In this document: piece by piece, positions 28,634 through 37,574 of the stretch
Position numbering within the stretch: the first letter of the stretch is position 1
How the letters are laid out: every line of letters starts with the position of its first letter
Virus record (IMG/VR): IMGVR_UViG_3300010366_000021
Location: 1 to 40,403 of that record
DNA from: a virus
Lineage: Duplodnaviria; Caudoviricetes
Length of the DNA stretch: 40,403 nucleotides
Direction: 5' to 3' (one strand)
Made by a program: the position numbers and the translations under genes
The notes under the pieces: model-generated
What the model was told of the DNA's origin: nothing
Database searches by the model: none
The model's input: only the letters and a program-made list of their open reading frames with translations

Positions 28634-29071
28634 AGGTTGCGCGCTTGAAGTCGCGCGCCTCTTTCTACCGGAGGGGGAAGGCAAGAGCCACTTCCCTTCT
28701 CGGATACACGTGCCCCCTCCGGACCACCCCCAGACCATAAAAAACCTTTCTCTGAAGTGTGAAAAGCACGCAGAGGGCCAGGAGCCTTCAAGCCCAAAGA
28801 CTCCAGAAGCGATTCAGGAAAACCGGGGGAAGAAAACCGTGAAGACCAGGAGCTGCTCGGGCAGGCTTCTTTCCTAAAGCAGCGGGGAGTCTAACTGCGC
28901 CGGCCAGTACTTGCATAACGTCAACTTCGGCCAGCACGCGGATCCGGCCGGCCGGGGCTGCCACGGCACAAATTCTGCTGTTCAGCAGCGCATCAAAAGG
29001 TGCGAGAGATCAGTACCGGGCAAAACCCATAAAATAACCCTTGATTCCCGGCGAAGGAATCACGACAATGA

Positions 29072-29097
29072 TTAAGCCCGCTCGGCAGCGGGCTTAA
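29072..29097. other. Perfect 11-bp-stem hairpin TTAAGCCCGCT-CGGC-AGCGGGCTTAA
   Basis: Seen directly; no strong U tract on either strand. Confidence 0.5.
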
Positions 29098-29298
29098 AAA
29101 ATTTGCTTGGTGTTGGGATTAAAAGACAAGCCCATCCTAAGACGGCTATCCCAACCAAGTCAAGGAAGTTTTGAGGGAGTTTCCTGTCTCCAACTGGAGC
29201 CAGGTATGCCCCTCTCCGGCCAAGGTGTATTCACCACCAAGGCCAGAGAGGAACCATTCCACAATTAGCAGACGGCGTATGCCGTCACGGTGACTAAC

Positions 29299-29430
29299 AT
29301 GGAAAAGAAAACGATCTTTCGTCGCTCCGATAATGGCCAGATCACAACTCAGAAGTACGCGGAAAAGCATCCGCGCACGACTGAGAAACAGCATGTCCAC
29401 GTACCTGCCCCTAAACCCGGTAAGAAATAG
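29299..29430 (+). CDS. Small basic protein (43 aa), R.S..G.....YA.KHP.TT type
   Basis: Not in the ORF track; MEKKTIFRRSDNGQITTQKYAEKHPRTTEKQHVHVPAPKPGKK; followed by a terminator. Confidence 0.65.
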   Translation: MEKKTIFRRSDNGQITTQKYAEKHPRTTEKQHVHVPAPKPGKK

Positions 29431-29498
29431 GGACAGCAACCATACCACCGGAGGCTGGAGTTGTTCCAGCCCCGTTAACTCAAGTATAAACACTATCC

Positions 29499-29523
29499 CC
29501 CGCCAGAGCATCGGCGGGTTTTT
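29499..29523 (+). terminator. Intrinsic terminator
   Basis: CCCGCC-N8-GGCGGG-TTTTT. Confidence 0.7.
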
Positions 29524-29540
29524 GCCATGACTCTAGTAAC

Positions 29541-29569
29541 TTGCCTTTGAGTACCGTATAAGGTACACT
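29541..29569 (+). promoter_or_regulatory. Promoter/operator of the second TA pair
   Basis: TTGCCT-N17-TACACT overlapping GTACC-N6-GGTAC; transcript would be near-leaderless. Confidence 0.6.
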
Positions 29570-29575
29570 CTTTTT

Positions 29576-29983
29576 GTGGTTGAGAAGCACAAACAGTCCG
29601 AGGGCGGTGAGAATCCAGAGGCAGACCTGCAAGGCAAGCGCGTGAAGGCTGTCTTTTACCGTACCGAGGCTGGTGGTGAGCCTGTGAGGGAATGGCTGAA
29701 AGAGCTTCCATCTCGTGAAGACCGCAGGAGAATTGGCGAAGACATCAAGACTGTTGAGTTCGGCTGGCCCGTTGGAATGCCAGTCTGCCGTTCCGTGGGC
29801 GGTGGCATTTATGAAGTGCGATCAGCTTTAACTCAGAATCGCATCTCCAGGGTGCTGTTCTATTTCGACAAGAACGGACGAATGGTTCTCTTGCACGGCT
29901 TTATCAAGAAGACCCAGAAGACACCGGACGAAGACCTGGAATTAGCGCGGCGAAACAAAAAAAGGCATGAGAGGTTGCAATGA
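29576..29983 (+). CDS. RelE/ParE-superfamily (Gp49/HigB-like) toxin
   Basis: FYRTEAGGEPVREWL...GWPVGMPVCR..GGGIYEVR...MVLLHGFIKKTQKTP. Confidence 0.9.
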   Translation: MVEKHKQSEGGENPEADLQGKRVKAVFYRTEAGGEPVREWLKELPSREDRRRIGEDIKTVEFGWPVGMPVCRSVGGGIYEVRSALTQNRISRVLFYFDKNGRMVLLHGFIKKTQKTPDEDLELARRNKKRHERLQ

Positions 29984-30300
29984 ACACAAATAAGAAAAAG
30001 ACCCGCGGAATCGATCCCACTGGTTCCACTTTTGATAGCTTCCTCGAAGAAGAGGGACTCCTGGAGCAAGTTGAGGCTGTCGCGGTCAAGCGTGTGCTTT
30101 CATGGCAGCTGGCTCAAGCGATGCGGCAGAAAAAAAAGACAAAACAGGCCCTGGCCAAAGAGCTCAAAACGAGCCGCTCTCAGCTCGATCGTCTGCTCGA
30201 TCCCCAGAACGTAGCCGTTTCTCTGGACACCATCACGCGCGCAGCCCAGGCCCTGGGCAAGAGGATCATTATTCGGATAGCTGATGCGAAAGCAGGGTGA
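29980..30300 (+). CDS. XRE-HTH antitoxin
   Basis: GSTFDSFLEEEG...LAKELKTSRSQLDRLLDP...SLDTITRAAQALG; coupled to the toxin. Confidence 0.88.
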   Translation: MNTNKKKTRGIDPTGSTFDSFLEEEGLLEQVEAVAVKRVLSWQLAQAMRQKKKTKQALAKELKTSRSQLDRLLDPQNVAVSLDTITRAAQALGKRIIIRIADAKAG

Positions 30301-30372
30301 AGATGAATTTTTAGATTCTAGAAACTGAGCCCGGCGCAGTGCTCAAAAACGGGCGAGAAAGAGAGCAAGAGA

Positions 30373-31407
30373 GTGAGAACGCAGAGTAGGCTGCTTTACC
30401 TATTACTAACCTTTGGCCTGGGCCTGTCAGTGCAGGGCCAGACCCCATCACCGGTGCCAGCTGCACCAGAAGAGATCACCACGATTCTTCCTGCTTCGCT
30501 CACCCCGGAGCACCAGGCGGTGATCACCGATTTGAACAACCGTTCTGCTGCATGGGGCGCAGGGCATATGGTGACCTTTTCCGGGGGCGAGATCAAACAA
30601 CCTATAACTCTCTACGATAAAACCGGCAAGTTGGAATTCACCTCATTCCCTGATATCAAGGACGCTAAAAAAACCTTCGCCATGGATGCCGTGGTTGCAA
30701 AATCAGGCAATGCCATCCTGGCCCTGTCGGCTGTCAACGGTGATGGCGGTGTAGCTGACATGATTGCTGAAATGGACGCGAACGGAACACGCCGGATCGT
30801 TCGCACCAACCCGTTCTATCCGTATCTGGTTTGCTCCATGGATGATGGCACGGTCTGGAGTTACGGCATACAGGGCAACGCAGCCAGAGACGGGGAAGAC
30901 AAAACAAATTATCCCATGCTCCGCGAATTCAGCTTAGACAAAGGCGAACTCCGGACTGCCCTGGGCCGCTCGACAGTCAAGCCACCTGCCGGGGTACATC
31001 TGCTTGGCAACCATGGCAACGAGGCTTTCCTGCGCTGTGACTCCAAGCGCGTGATCCTGGTGAGTATCCCCACCAATGAGCTGATCGTCTACGATCTCGC
31101 CCAGAACCAATTAACGCGCACACCTTTAAAATCCTTGCCGGAAAATTTTCATATCAACGGTCTGGCACTCACCGATTCAGGCGACATTTATGCCAGCACG
31201 CTGCGTGGTGGGCAAGGAGCGCTCACTGGAATGCTGCACTTAGAGCAAGATGCTCAAGGCGCGCATTGGAAATCAGTGACCATGGTAAAGGCGCAACCTG
31301 GGAAGCCCTTTTATCTGCTCGGGGCCGATGGTGACCACCTGGTCTACTCCCGTGGCAGAGATAACGCAACTTCGTTCTGGCTGAACCCCAAGACGGGGGT
31401 GAAATAG
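30373..31407 (+). CDS. Secreted beta-propeller-like protein
   Basis: Signal peptide MRTQSRLLYLLLTFGLGLSVQG; repeated beta-blade-like motifs (MDDGTVW, GLALTDSGDIY). Confidence 0.7.
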   Translation: MRTQSRLLYLLLTFGLGLSVQGQTPSPVPAAPEEITTILPASLTPEHQAVITDLNNRSAAWGAGHMVTFSGGEIKQPITLYDKTGKLEFTSFPDIKDAKKTFAMDAVVAKSGNAILALSAVNGDGGVADMIAEMDANGTRRIVRTNPFYPYLVCSMDDGTVWSYGIQGNAARDGEDKTNYPMLREFSLDKGELRTALGRSTVKPPAGVHLLGNHGNEAFLRCDSKRVILVSIPTNELIVYDLAQNQLTRTPLKSLPENFHINGLALTDSGDIYASTLRGGQGALTGMLHLEQDAQGAHWKSVTMVKAQPGKPFYLLGADGDHLVYSRGRDNATSFWLNPKTGVK

Positions 31408-32067
31408 GTGCTAACCGTTTTCACAACGTTGTTACTCTTCACATCAGCATCCATCATCGATCGATCTGGGCAGCAGGTGACATCAACTTTTGCTGGCGTC
31501 ACTGCCAACGCCCAAACGCGGGATAGGTTGCTTCCCAAGTCCCCAACCGTTGCCGACTTGTTGTTGCGAAACTCTGATGTCTCTAAAAGTCTAGGCATCA
31601 GCCAAGGACCACGGGGAAGCAGTTGTCCATCCGGCGGGATATGCGCACAACCTGGCAGCACCCAAGTAAGTGGCATTGAATGCGATGATGGCGCGGACTG
31701 CGTAGCCGACGCATTCAATCAAGGAACTTCCACGGCACCCGACGCCAGGGATTGGGGAACAATGGAAACCTACGTGTGCCCGATTTGCTGCGTGAGTTGG
31801 GTGCGTTGCCCGATTGACTTCGTTCCGCCCCCACCGCCGCCCCCGGATCCAGGTGGAGGAGGTGGTGGAGGTGGTGGAGGTGGTGGAGGTGGTGGAGATG
31901 AACCTTGCGATCCCGACACTGACGTTGACTGCGAAGACCCTTGCGATGAATTCGCTATCATCGGAGGCCCGCTTGGAACGGTCCTGGTTGCTGAATGCGA
32001 ATTGAGCAGAAGGAAGGTCCCCACGCAGGCTCCGTCCGGGACCACCAATGGGAAGAAGATTCCTTAG
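31408..32067 (+). CDS. Secreted Cys-rich protein with Pro7-Gly15 linker
   Basis: Hydrophobic N-terminus, 12 Cys, abuts the upstream stop codon. Confidence 0.6.
   Translation: MLTVFTTLLLFTSASIIDRSGQQVTSTFAGVTANAQTRDRLLPKSPTVADLLLRNSDVSKSLGISQGPRGSSCPSGGICAQPGSTQVSGIECDDGADCVADAFNQGTSTAPDARDWGTMETYVCPICCVSWVRCPIDFVPPPPPPPDPGGGGGGGGGGGGGGGDEPCDPDTDVDCEDPCDEFAIIGGPLGTVLVAECELSRRKVPTQAPSGTTNGKKIP
31852..31896 (+). repeat. GGTGGAGGA(GGTGGTGGA)4 tandem repeat
   Basis: Five 9-bp units encoding poly-Gly. Confidence 0.95.
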
Positions 32068-32076
32068 TCCCGGCTT

Positions 32077-32397
32077 TTAAATGCCCAAGCGAGCTACCCT
32101 GGCGTTCATGCTCTCCAGGGCTCGCTTGGTTTCCCGGAGGTCATCGACCAGCTTGATGAGGCGTTCCGAAGAAATGTCTGTGAGCTTAAAGAGCGGCGTG
32201 CCCGTGCCCGCGCCAGCCGGCGCCGGATGGTTTTCAAAGACGATTTGCTCCGGCCGCTGTTGTAGCAGCGAGCCCATGGCGGCAAAAATCTCGCCCAGCC
32301 GTTGGGCCTCTGCTTCAAGGGCAGTCAGTTTCGTCTGCAGATCTCTGCGTTCCAGAACAAGCCGGCCGATGACAGCAGCCTGGTCTTCTTGCGTCAT
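32077..32397 (-). CDS. Coiled-coil hypothetical protein
   Basis: GAAGGA RBS, 106 aa. Confidence 0.65.
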   Translation of the reverse strand: MTQEDQAAVIGRLVLERRDLQTKLTALEAEAQRLGEIFAAMGSLLQQRPEQIVFENHPAPAGAGTGTPLFKLTDISSERLIKLVDDLRETKRALESMNARVARLGI

Positions 32398-32508
32398 AAA
32401 ATATCCTTCCAGCCCGTTAGCGGGCAGGGATAAAGCAGGGTTAAAAGAGCCCAGATCTTAGGGAAATGCCGGGGACCAACAAACTCAGGAGGTCGATAGA
32501 ATCAGAGT

Positions 32509-32835
32509 ATGTCCAGCCAAACTCAAAATCCGGTAGGCGCTACAAATCCAGCTGTTGAAGCCAAGCTTAACTCCTGGAAGGCTCGCGCAATCGCGATATG
32601 GCGCTATTTACTCGCCGGCGCTGCCTTGATCGCTCTCACAATGGTCTATCACGAGAGCAATGGGTTCAGAGGTGATATTTCGTGGACTAACTGGCTGCTG
32701 TTGGGTTTCATAGTGTTAGTTCTTACTTCCGCAGTTGAAACGCTGATTGCTAGCGCCGTCGCGAAAGGTATCGCTAAGGCGAAGGAACTTGAGGTTGAGC
32801 AACTAAAACGCTCCGCTAAGATTGCTCGATTCTAG
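32509..32835 (+). CDS. Two-TM membrane protein, superinfection-exclusion candidate
   Basis: Two hydrophobic helices; lower GC; convergent with the ejection genes. Confidence 0.6.
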   Translation: MSSQTQNPVGATNPAVEAKLNSWKARAIAIWRYLLAGAALIALTMVYHESNGFRGDISWTNWLLLGFIVLVLTSAVETLIASAVAKGIAKAKELEVEQLKRSAKIARF

Positions 32836-33085
32836 CGGGTGCTCCAGCTTCTTCTTCTGCGGAATGTATTTTAGGGCCTCTGGTGTTCAAAGATTTGTAC
32901 TTTTGGATCTCGTGAGCGCTCTCGATGCTTTCCTTCAAAAAAGATTGATACTGTTCAGGCGGCATTTGTTCAGTGAGGATTGCCAGCGCTGTCAATCCGA
33001 CCTGATGAATAAACTTCTTGTCAGCGTTATCTAAAAACTGCGCCAGCAGTTGTTCATTCTGATCGATTTGCGCCTGATTTACCAC
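32816..33085 (-). CDS. Hypothetical protein, end of the late operon
   Basis: 89 aa overlapping the upstream stop codon. Confidence 0.55.
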   Translation of the reverse strand: MVNQAQIDQNEQLLAQFLDNADKKFIHQVGLTALAILTEQMPPEQYQSFLKESIESAHEIQKYKSLNTRGPKIHSAEEEAGAPARIEQS

Positions 33086-33900
33086 TTATGCATCACCTTG
33101 GTGATAATGGCTGTGAGAGCACCGCTCCCGAGCAAAGCTTTCCCATAATGTTGGACTAGCTGTCGTCCTGCCCAGCTCGCGGCTTGCCCCGCAAGGCTCG
33201 GTCCTGCCGCAGTAGTCGCAGCAGCTCCACCAAAGCCTGTGCCGCCGGCCACGGGCACCAGGGAAGGACCAATAAGGGCTTCCGCTGCGCCAGCCGCTGG
33301 CCCAGCTCCAGCAACCGCCAAACCTGCAGCAGCTGAGGCCTTTAGTCCTGCCTTGCCGAATTCTTTCAACTCATAACGCTGGTTACGAGATTTTTCTGCC
33401 GCATCCAAAGCCGCATAGACTCGCTGATGGGCCTTCTCCTCTTCGAGCGGGTCCTGGAAAATGACGCCATTCTTATCGCGGATGATAGGGTAACGGATGC
33501 TTCCATCGGGCTGGACGACGGCGTGGCCAGCACTATGAAATGTATTCTCCTCTGAAGGTAGAATGTAATTAACCCGCCCGTTGTTGTAATCAACCGCTTT
33601 CTTTACTCCAGGTTGCTGCTCCACCGCGAAGTTGTTTTGCCGCATCGCGGGAACGTCGTCAACCGGGACCTGCTGCTTCTGCCCTTGCGGTCCCACCATA
33701 GAAACCCTGTGCAGCTGGGCCTGGCTGAAGTCGAGCGTTACCGGCGCCGACTGCGTAGAGGGCTGGGAATTAGACTGTGCGGACGATTGAGCACCTGGTT
33801 GAGCCTTTGCTGGCGCACTCGTCTGTGTCTGAGCACTCGGCTGGGCCATTTCTATAGGAATCGATTTACTGAAATCCAGCGTTACCGCGCCACTGCTCAT
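33079..33900 (-). CDS. Putative ejection/internal virion protein
   Basis: Duplicated VTLDFS motif; Ala/Gly-rich hydrophobic C-terminus. Confidence 0.55.
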   Translation of the reverse strand: MSSGAVTLDFSKSIPIEMAQPSAQTQTSAPAKAQPGAQSSAQSNSQPSTQSAPVTLDFSQAQLHRVSMVGPQGQKQQVPVDDVPAMRQNNFAVEQQPGVKKAVDYNNGRVNYILPSEENTFHSAGHAVVQPDGSIRYPIIRDKNGVIFQDPLEEEKAHQRVYAALDAAEKSRNQRYELKEFGKAGLKASAAAGLAVAGAGPAAGAAEALIGPSLVPVAGGTGFGGAAATTAAGPSLAGQAASWAGRQLVQHYGKALLGSGALTAIITKVMHKW

Positions 33901-35819
33901 TGCACAACTCCCAGATCTTGCTTGCCATCACTCCAGTGCAATTGGCCGTCACTGCCTGGCACCTTCATGGTGGCGCCGGCTGGAGCTGGAGCCGCTGCTT
34001 TACCTCTAAACTCTCCAGGAACATTATCCAGCCCATATCCGTATTGGCGATCCAGGAATTTGTTTGTCCCAATGCGCTCCTTCACCTGCGAGCCGACGGC
34101 CATGCGGGCTGAATCGATTGCAGCCTTCATCTGCTCCGGACTGTGGGAAGCAGCAAAGCTATGCAGGATCTCCAGACGCGCTGAATCTGATCCCTGGCCT
34201 CCACCCATGACTTTTGCGTAGTCGTCGGCAGCACCGATTGCTGTTTGCATGAAACCGGCCATCTCCGGGTGCCCCTCAGCATAGCTTGTATAGTCAGCCA
34301 TTTTATTGAACGCCGGAAATTGGCCGTTGGGCAGCTTGTTATAGTTGGCCTGAAGCTGGTCCAAGGTTCCATGTTTCGCGATGAGCGAATTGGCAGACGC
34401 AAAGAACGTATTCTGTGCTGGTGATTTAGCGACATTCTCAGCAATCAGCTCATCGGCGGGGTTGTACTTCGGATTTTCAGCTTTTGCCGCGGCGATCGCG
34501 TCCATCAACCATTTAGTTGTCATGCCCCGTGTCTTCAGATCCGCGATCGTCACATCTCCAGTGTTCAAAAGGCGCCCAGCAGCCTTCGGGTCTCCCTGCT
34601 TTGCCGCCTGGTCCGCGTTGGCTTTTTGGATCTGGTCCTGCTGATGGAGTGCATGCGCGGTTACAGCCTGAGAGAGCAGCCGCGCGGAGCGGACCTTATC
34701 CTGCGGAGTAGTAGACGGATCCGTGATTTTGTTTTGTAACAAAGCAATCGCCGCGGAAGACTTCTCTGCGGCCATCTCGCCCGGTTCATTTTCCATTTTA
34801 AAGAGCGGATCCGCGGCCTGCGCGGCTGACTTAGCCTTTGCTTGCTCTTCCTGGAACTTGGCCATTGTCTGCTGGTTATTCACCCGCGAGAGGATCTGTG
34901 ACTGGACCTGGTTATCGAAGACAAAGAAATCGTATCCATTGACGGCCGAACCCTTCTTCATCACATCGAGTTTGCCCTGGGCCGCCTGAATTGCCGGATC
35001 TTTCTCACCATCCGGCAGAACACCTTTGGCTAAATTGATCTGGTTCTGCAAATTGGTGATCACCCCAGCAGCCAGCTCGATCGGAATATTCACCTTGCGC
35101 AGCTGGTCATATCCGAAGCCGTAACTGGTCCCGTTGCCGCCTACCGTGTCATCGTGAACCGGAATCACAGTATGTCCCACCAGGTCGCCGCCGGCCTTCT
35201 GGTCGATCGCATTCATGTGAGCATCGGTGGTTTGCCCCTGGACGATCGGCACCGCGAACAGCGGATTGACATGCAGAACGTTGACGTAAAGGTCATAGAG
35301 CGCCTTCTGGTTGCCGATCACCATGTTCTGATGTTCCACCGGCGCGTTCATCTTGTTGATCTCGGTCTGGGCGATCGTGGCATTGGTCAAAGCTTGCGTG
35401 TGCTTGAGTTGAGCATCGGCAAGGGCCCCGGCGCGCGTGCTTGCCGCTTCCTCGAGCTTCATCTTCCGTTCTTCTTGCCGCGCCTGGATCACCTCTCCCA
35501 CGCCGCCCTCGCGGCCCCCAGTGGCGATCGACTTTCCGAAAGCATCCATGCCCAGGAAAAGGCTCTGCAACATGTTGCGCAGGCCTGCGTGCGGCGTCCC
35601 TGGCTGCACGGCTGGAGTACTTGCAGCCGGCGGCTGCACATCCGCAGGCTGCTGCCCTGGGATATTCCCCGCCGCGGCCGCGGTGGGGCTGGCCGCCATC
35701 GCGGTTGGTCCTGGAGCTGGCCTGGCAATGGAGACAGGCGGAGCCTCAGCTCCTTCGGCTGAAGGTGGAGGAGCAGCGTCAGAGAGTCCGCTGATACCGG
35801 AAAGAATATTGTCGTCCAT
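33897..35819 (-). CDS. Putative ejection/internal virion protein (large)
   Basis: 640 aa, helical and Ala/Gln-rich; position after GNAT and the small ejection gene. Confidence 0.6.
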   Translation of the reverse strand: MDDNILSGISGLSDAAPPPSAEGAEAPPVSIARPAPGPTAMAASPTAAAAGNIPGQQPADVQPPAASTPAVQPGTPHAGLRNMLQSLFLGMDAFGKSIATGGREGGVGEVIQARQEERKMKLEEAASTRAGALADAQLKHTQALTNATIAQTEINKMNAPVEHQNMVIGNQKALYDLYVNVLHVNPLFAVPIVQGQTTDAHMNAIDQKAGGDLVGHTVIPVHDDTVGGNGTSYGFGYDQLRKVNIPIELAAGVITNLQNQINLAKGVLPDGEKDPAIQAAQGKLDVMKKGSAVNGYDFFVFDNQVQSQILSRVNNQQTMAKFQEEQAKAKSAAQAADPLFKMENEPGEMAAEKSSAAIALLQNKITDPSTTPQDKVRSARLLSQAVTAHALHQQDQIQKANADQAAKQGDPKAAGRLLNTGDVTIADLKTRGMTTKWLMDAIAAAKAENPKYNPADELIAENVAKSPAQNTFFASANSLIAKHGTLDQLQANYNKLPNGQFPAFNKMADYTSYAEGHPEMAGFMQTAIGAADDYAKVMGGGQGSDSARLEILHSFAASHSPEQMKAAIDSARMAVGSQVKERIGTNKFLDRQYGYGLDNVPGEFRGKAAAPAPAGATMKVPGSDGQLHWSDGKQDLGVVQ

Positions 35820-35837
35820 GGGTTAACTCCGCAATCG

Positions 35838-36476
35838 CTATTGAGGTTTGGCGCCAGCGAAGGTGGGCTTTAAAGCCGTGTATCCGCCCACGGCTGCGGT
35901 ACCCAGGCCCGCAATGCCGGAAAGCAGGCCGCCGAAAGCCTGCATGCCGGCAACCTTGCTCTGCGTGTATGCTTTCGAGAGTTCGCCTACCTGCCCGGCC
36001 GAGCTCGTTTCAGCGCCGGCCATCCCGACGGGATTTTCTGCCTGCGCCACGTTCGTCAATCCGGAGATCGCGCGCCAGTAGTTCTCATCCTTGAGCAGGC
36101 CGCTCTGGATATCGATGTTGCTTTCTTCCCTAGCGCCTTCCGTCGCTCCCTGGCCGGCGATCTGTCCTTTGATCTGCGCGCCCACGCCAGTGCCCAGCGT
36201 TGCGCCTCCGTGGCTGGCAAGGTAAGCGTTGGCGGCCGTCTGTGCCGCCGCGGTGTTCGCCGCAACCGTATCGCTGGCGCTGGTCTTCATCAAGGCCAGC
36301 GTCTTGGGATCAAATCCCTGGGGATTGGCGATTGCGTCGGTGAGCCGATTCTTAACAGCGTCAAGAATTTCCTGCTGGCCAGCAAATGCTTTGTTGAAAG
36401 ATGAAGTAAGCGTGTTGGTGAACGCAGCCTGGGCCTGCTCGGTGGATTTAACGGTTGAATCGCCACTGCAGCACAT
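35838..36476 (-). CDS. Putative small ejection/pilot protein
   Basis: Ala/Gln-rich with C-terminal GGLLSGIAGLG segment. Confidence 0.6.
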   Translation of the reverse strand: MCCSGDSTVKSTEQAQAAFTNTLTSSFNKAFAGQQEILDAVKNRLTDAIANPQGFDPKTLALMKTSASDTVAANTAAAQTAANAYLASHGGATLGTGVGAQIKGQIAGQGATEGAREESNIDIQSGLLKDENYWRAISGLTNVAQAENPVGMAGAETSSAGQVGELSKAYTQSKVAGMQAFGGLLSGIAGLGTAAVGGYTALKPTFAGAKPQ

Positions 36477-36931
36477 TACTGGACCTTCCCTTCTGCGGCC
36501 ATCATTCCGGGGGAAAGATCCGTCAGGCCTGATTTCACCGTGTAGAGTTCACGGTCTTCTACCGTGAACCCATGCGCCGCGGCCCACATGGCCACGGGAA
36601 TATTGCTCTTGGTGAGCGTATCGATCTCATTGATGTGCCAGATGGCAGCAAAGCCTTTCAGGCAGGGCAGCATCGTCTCCAACGCCGCCAGATTCTGCTC
36701 GCGCGTGTTCTGCGGATTAAAGCCGAGAAAGGCGATCCGCATGGTCAGATAGACCGGAATATAGAGCCGTGGAACGCCTTCTTCTTCCACCACGAGCACC
36801 GTTGCCGTGGGATTGTTCTCCTTCATGCCGGCCTTCAGGTCCTTTTCCGGAATTTGCGGATTGGTGGCCGCCCACCGGGCAAAGGCCGGCGCATCCTCAG
36901 GCGTGGCGAAGCGAAATGTCATGTTCCCCAT
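36476..36931 (-). CDS. GNAT-like protein of the podoviral tail module
   Basis: TFRFATPEDA start and WAAAHGF end; lies between tail-tube and ejection genes. Confidence 0.55.
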   Translation of the reverse strand: MGNMTFRFATPEDAPAFARWAATNPQIPEKDLKAGMKENNPTATVLVVEEEGVPRLYIPVYLTMRIAFLGFNPQNTREQNLAALETMLPCLKGFAAIWHINEIDTLTKSNIPVAMWAAAHGFTVEDRELYTVKSGLTDLSPGMMAAEGKVQ

Positions 36932-36937
36932 GGCTGC

Positions 36938-37096
36938 TCATGCCGCCTTTTCGGTTTTTGCAAACGTTTGCAAAAACCCCGGAGGGCCATTCCGGCCTTG
37001 TGCGAACGTTTGCACAGGAACCAGACGGTCTTTGCGGCGCCGCCGTCCCGGAATGGGAATCAGTGGTTTCTGCGTCGGTTTTAGCGCTTTCTTCAT
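36938..37096 (-). CDS. Possible small basic protein (52 aa) carrying two palindromes
   Basis: MKKALKPTQKPLIPIPGRRRRKDRLVPVQTFAQGRNGPPGFLQTFAKTEKAA; fills the gap but has no RBS. Confidence 0.3.
   Translation of the reverse strand: MKKALKPTQKPLIPIPGRRRRKDRLVPVQTFAQGRNGPPGFLQTFAKTEKAA
36953..36978. repeat. Palindrome copy 6, GGTTTTTGCAAACGTTTGCAAAAACC
   Basis: Perfect 26-bp inverted repeat. Confidence 0.95.
36999..37016. repeat. Palindrome copy 7, TGTGCGAACGTTTGCACA
   Basis: Identical 18-mer to 3786-3803. Confidence 0.95.
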
Positions 37097-37101
37097 GCTT
37101 T

Positions 37102-37572
37102 TTACTGGGAAATGAGCGCCCGGCTGAGCCCTTCGCCCAGACCGATGTCTGAGGATGCGCTGGCATTGTTCTGCTGCAATGAGAGCTGGGTTGGCGCCGT
37201 GGATTGGCCGGACGTAAAGATGATCGGTCCCTCGCCGTTCACCGCCGCCAGGCGCGAGGTCCCGAGTGAAGGGTTATTCACCAGGACCGAAGTTGTCTGG
37301 TACGTTGGATCCTGCGCCGGCGTGGGGGTAACGAACTGCACGCGATACTGAAATTGCCCGTTCCCGAGCGCTCTGCGCGTTACATTCAACGGCGCCGCTG
37401 AATCCACCACCGGAGGCGTCGTCTTTACCCGGAGCTGCTGGATCTGGGTTCCATGGAACGTATTCGTCGGAGCCAGGTTCACCGGCTGATTCGGCAGCTC
37501 GGTGAGTGACGCCATCCGCTGCACGTCGACGTCAAGATATTCCGGATACGTCTTTGGAAGTGGGGCTTGCAT
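37102..37572 (-). CDS. Hypothetical tail-module protein
   Basis: 156 aa, beta-rich, after the tail-tube gene. Confidence 0.6.
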   Translation of the reverse strand: MQAPLPKTYPEYLDVDVQRMASLTELPNQPVNLAPTNTFHGTQIQQLRVKTTPPVVDSAAPLNVTRRALGNGQFQYRVQFVTPTPAQDPTYQTTSVLVNNPSLGTSRLAAVNGEGPIIFTSGQSTAPTQLSLQQNNASASSDIGLGEGLSRALISQ

Positions 37573-37574
37573 AC

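Noticed and set aside
28908-28935. TACTTGCATAA as a XerC-like dif arm
   Set aside because: No TTAT-type second arm after the 6-bp spacer
36953-37016. Two adjacent palindromes as a mini-CRISPR array
   Set aside because: Only two non-identical copies with a 20-bp gap, no cas genes, and the other copies are dispersed
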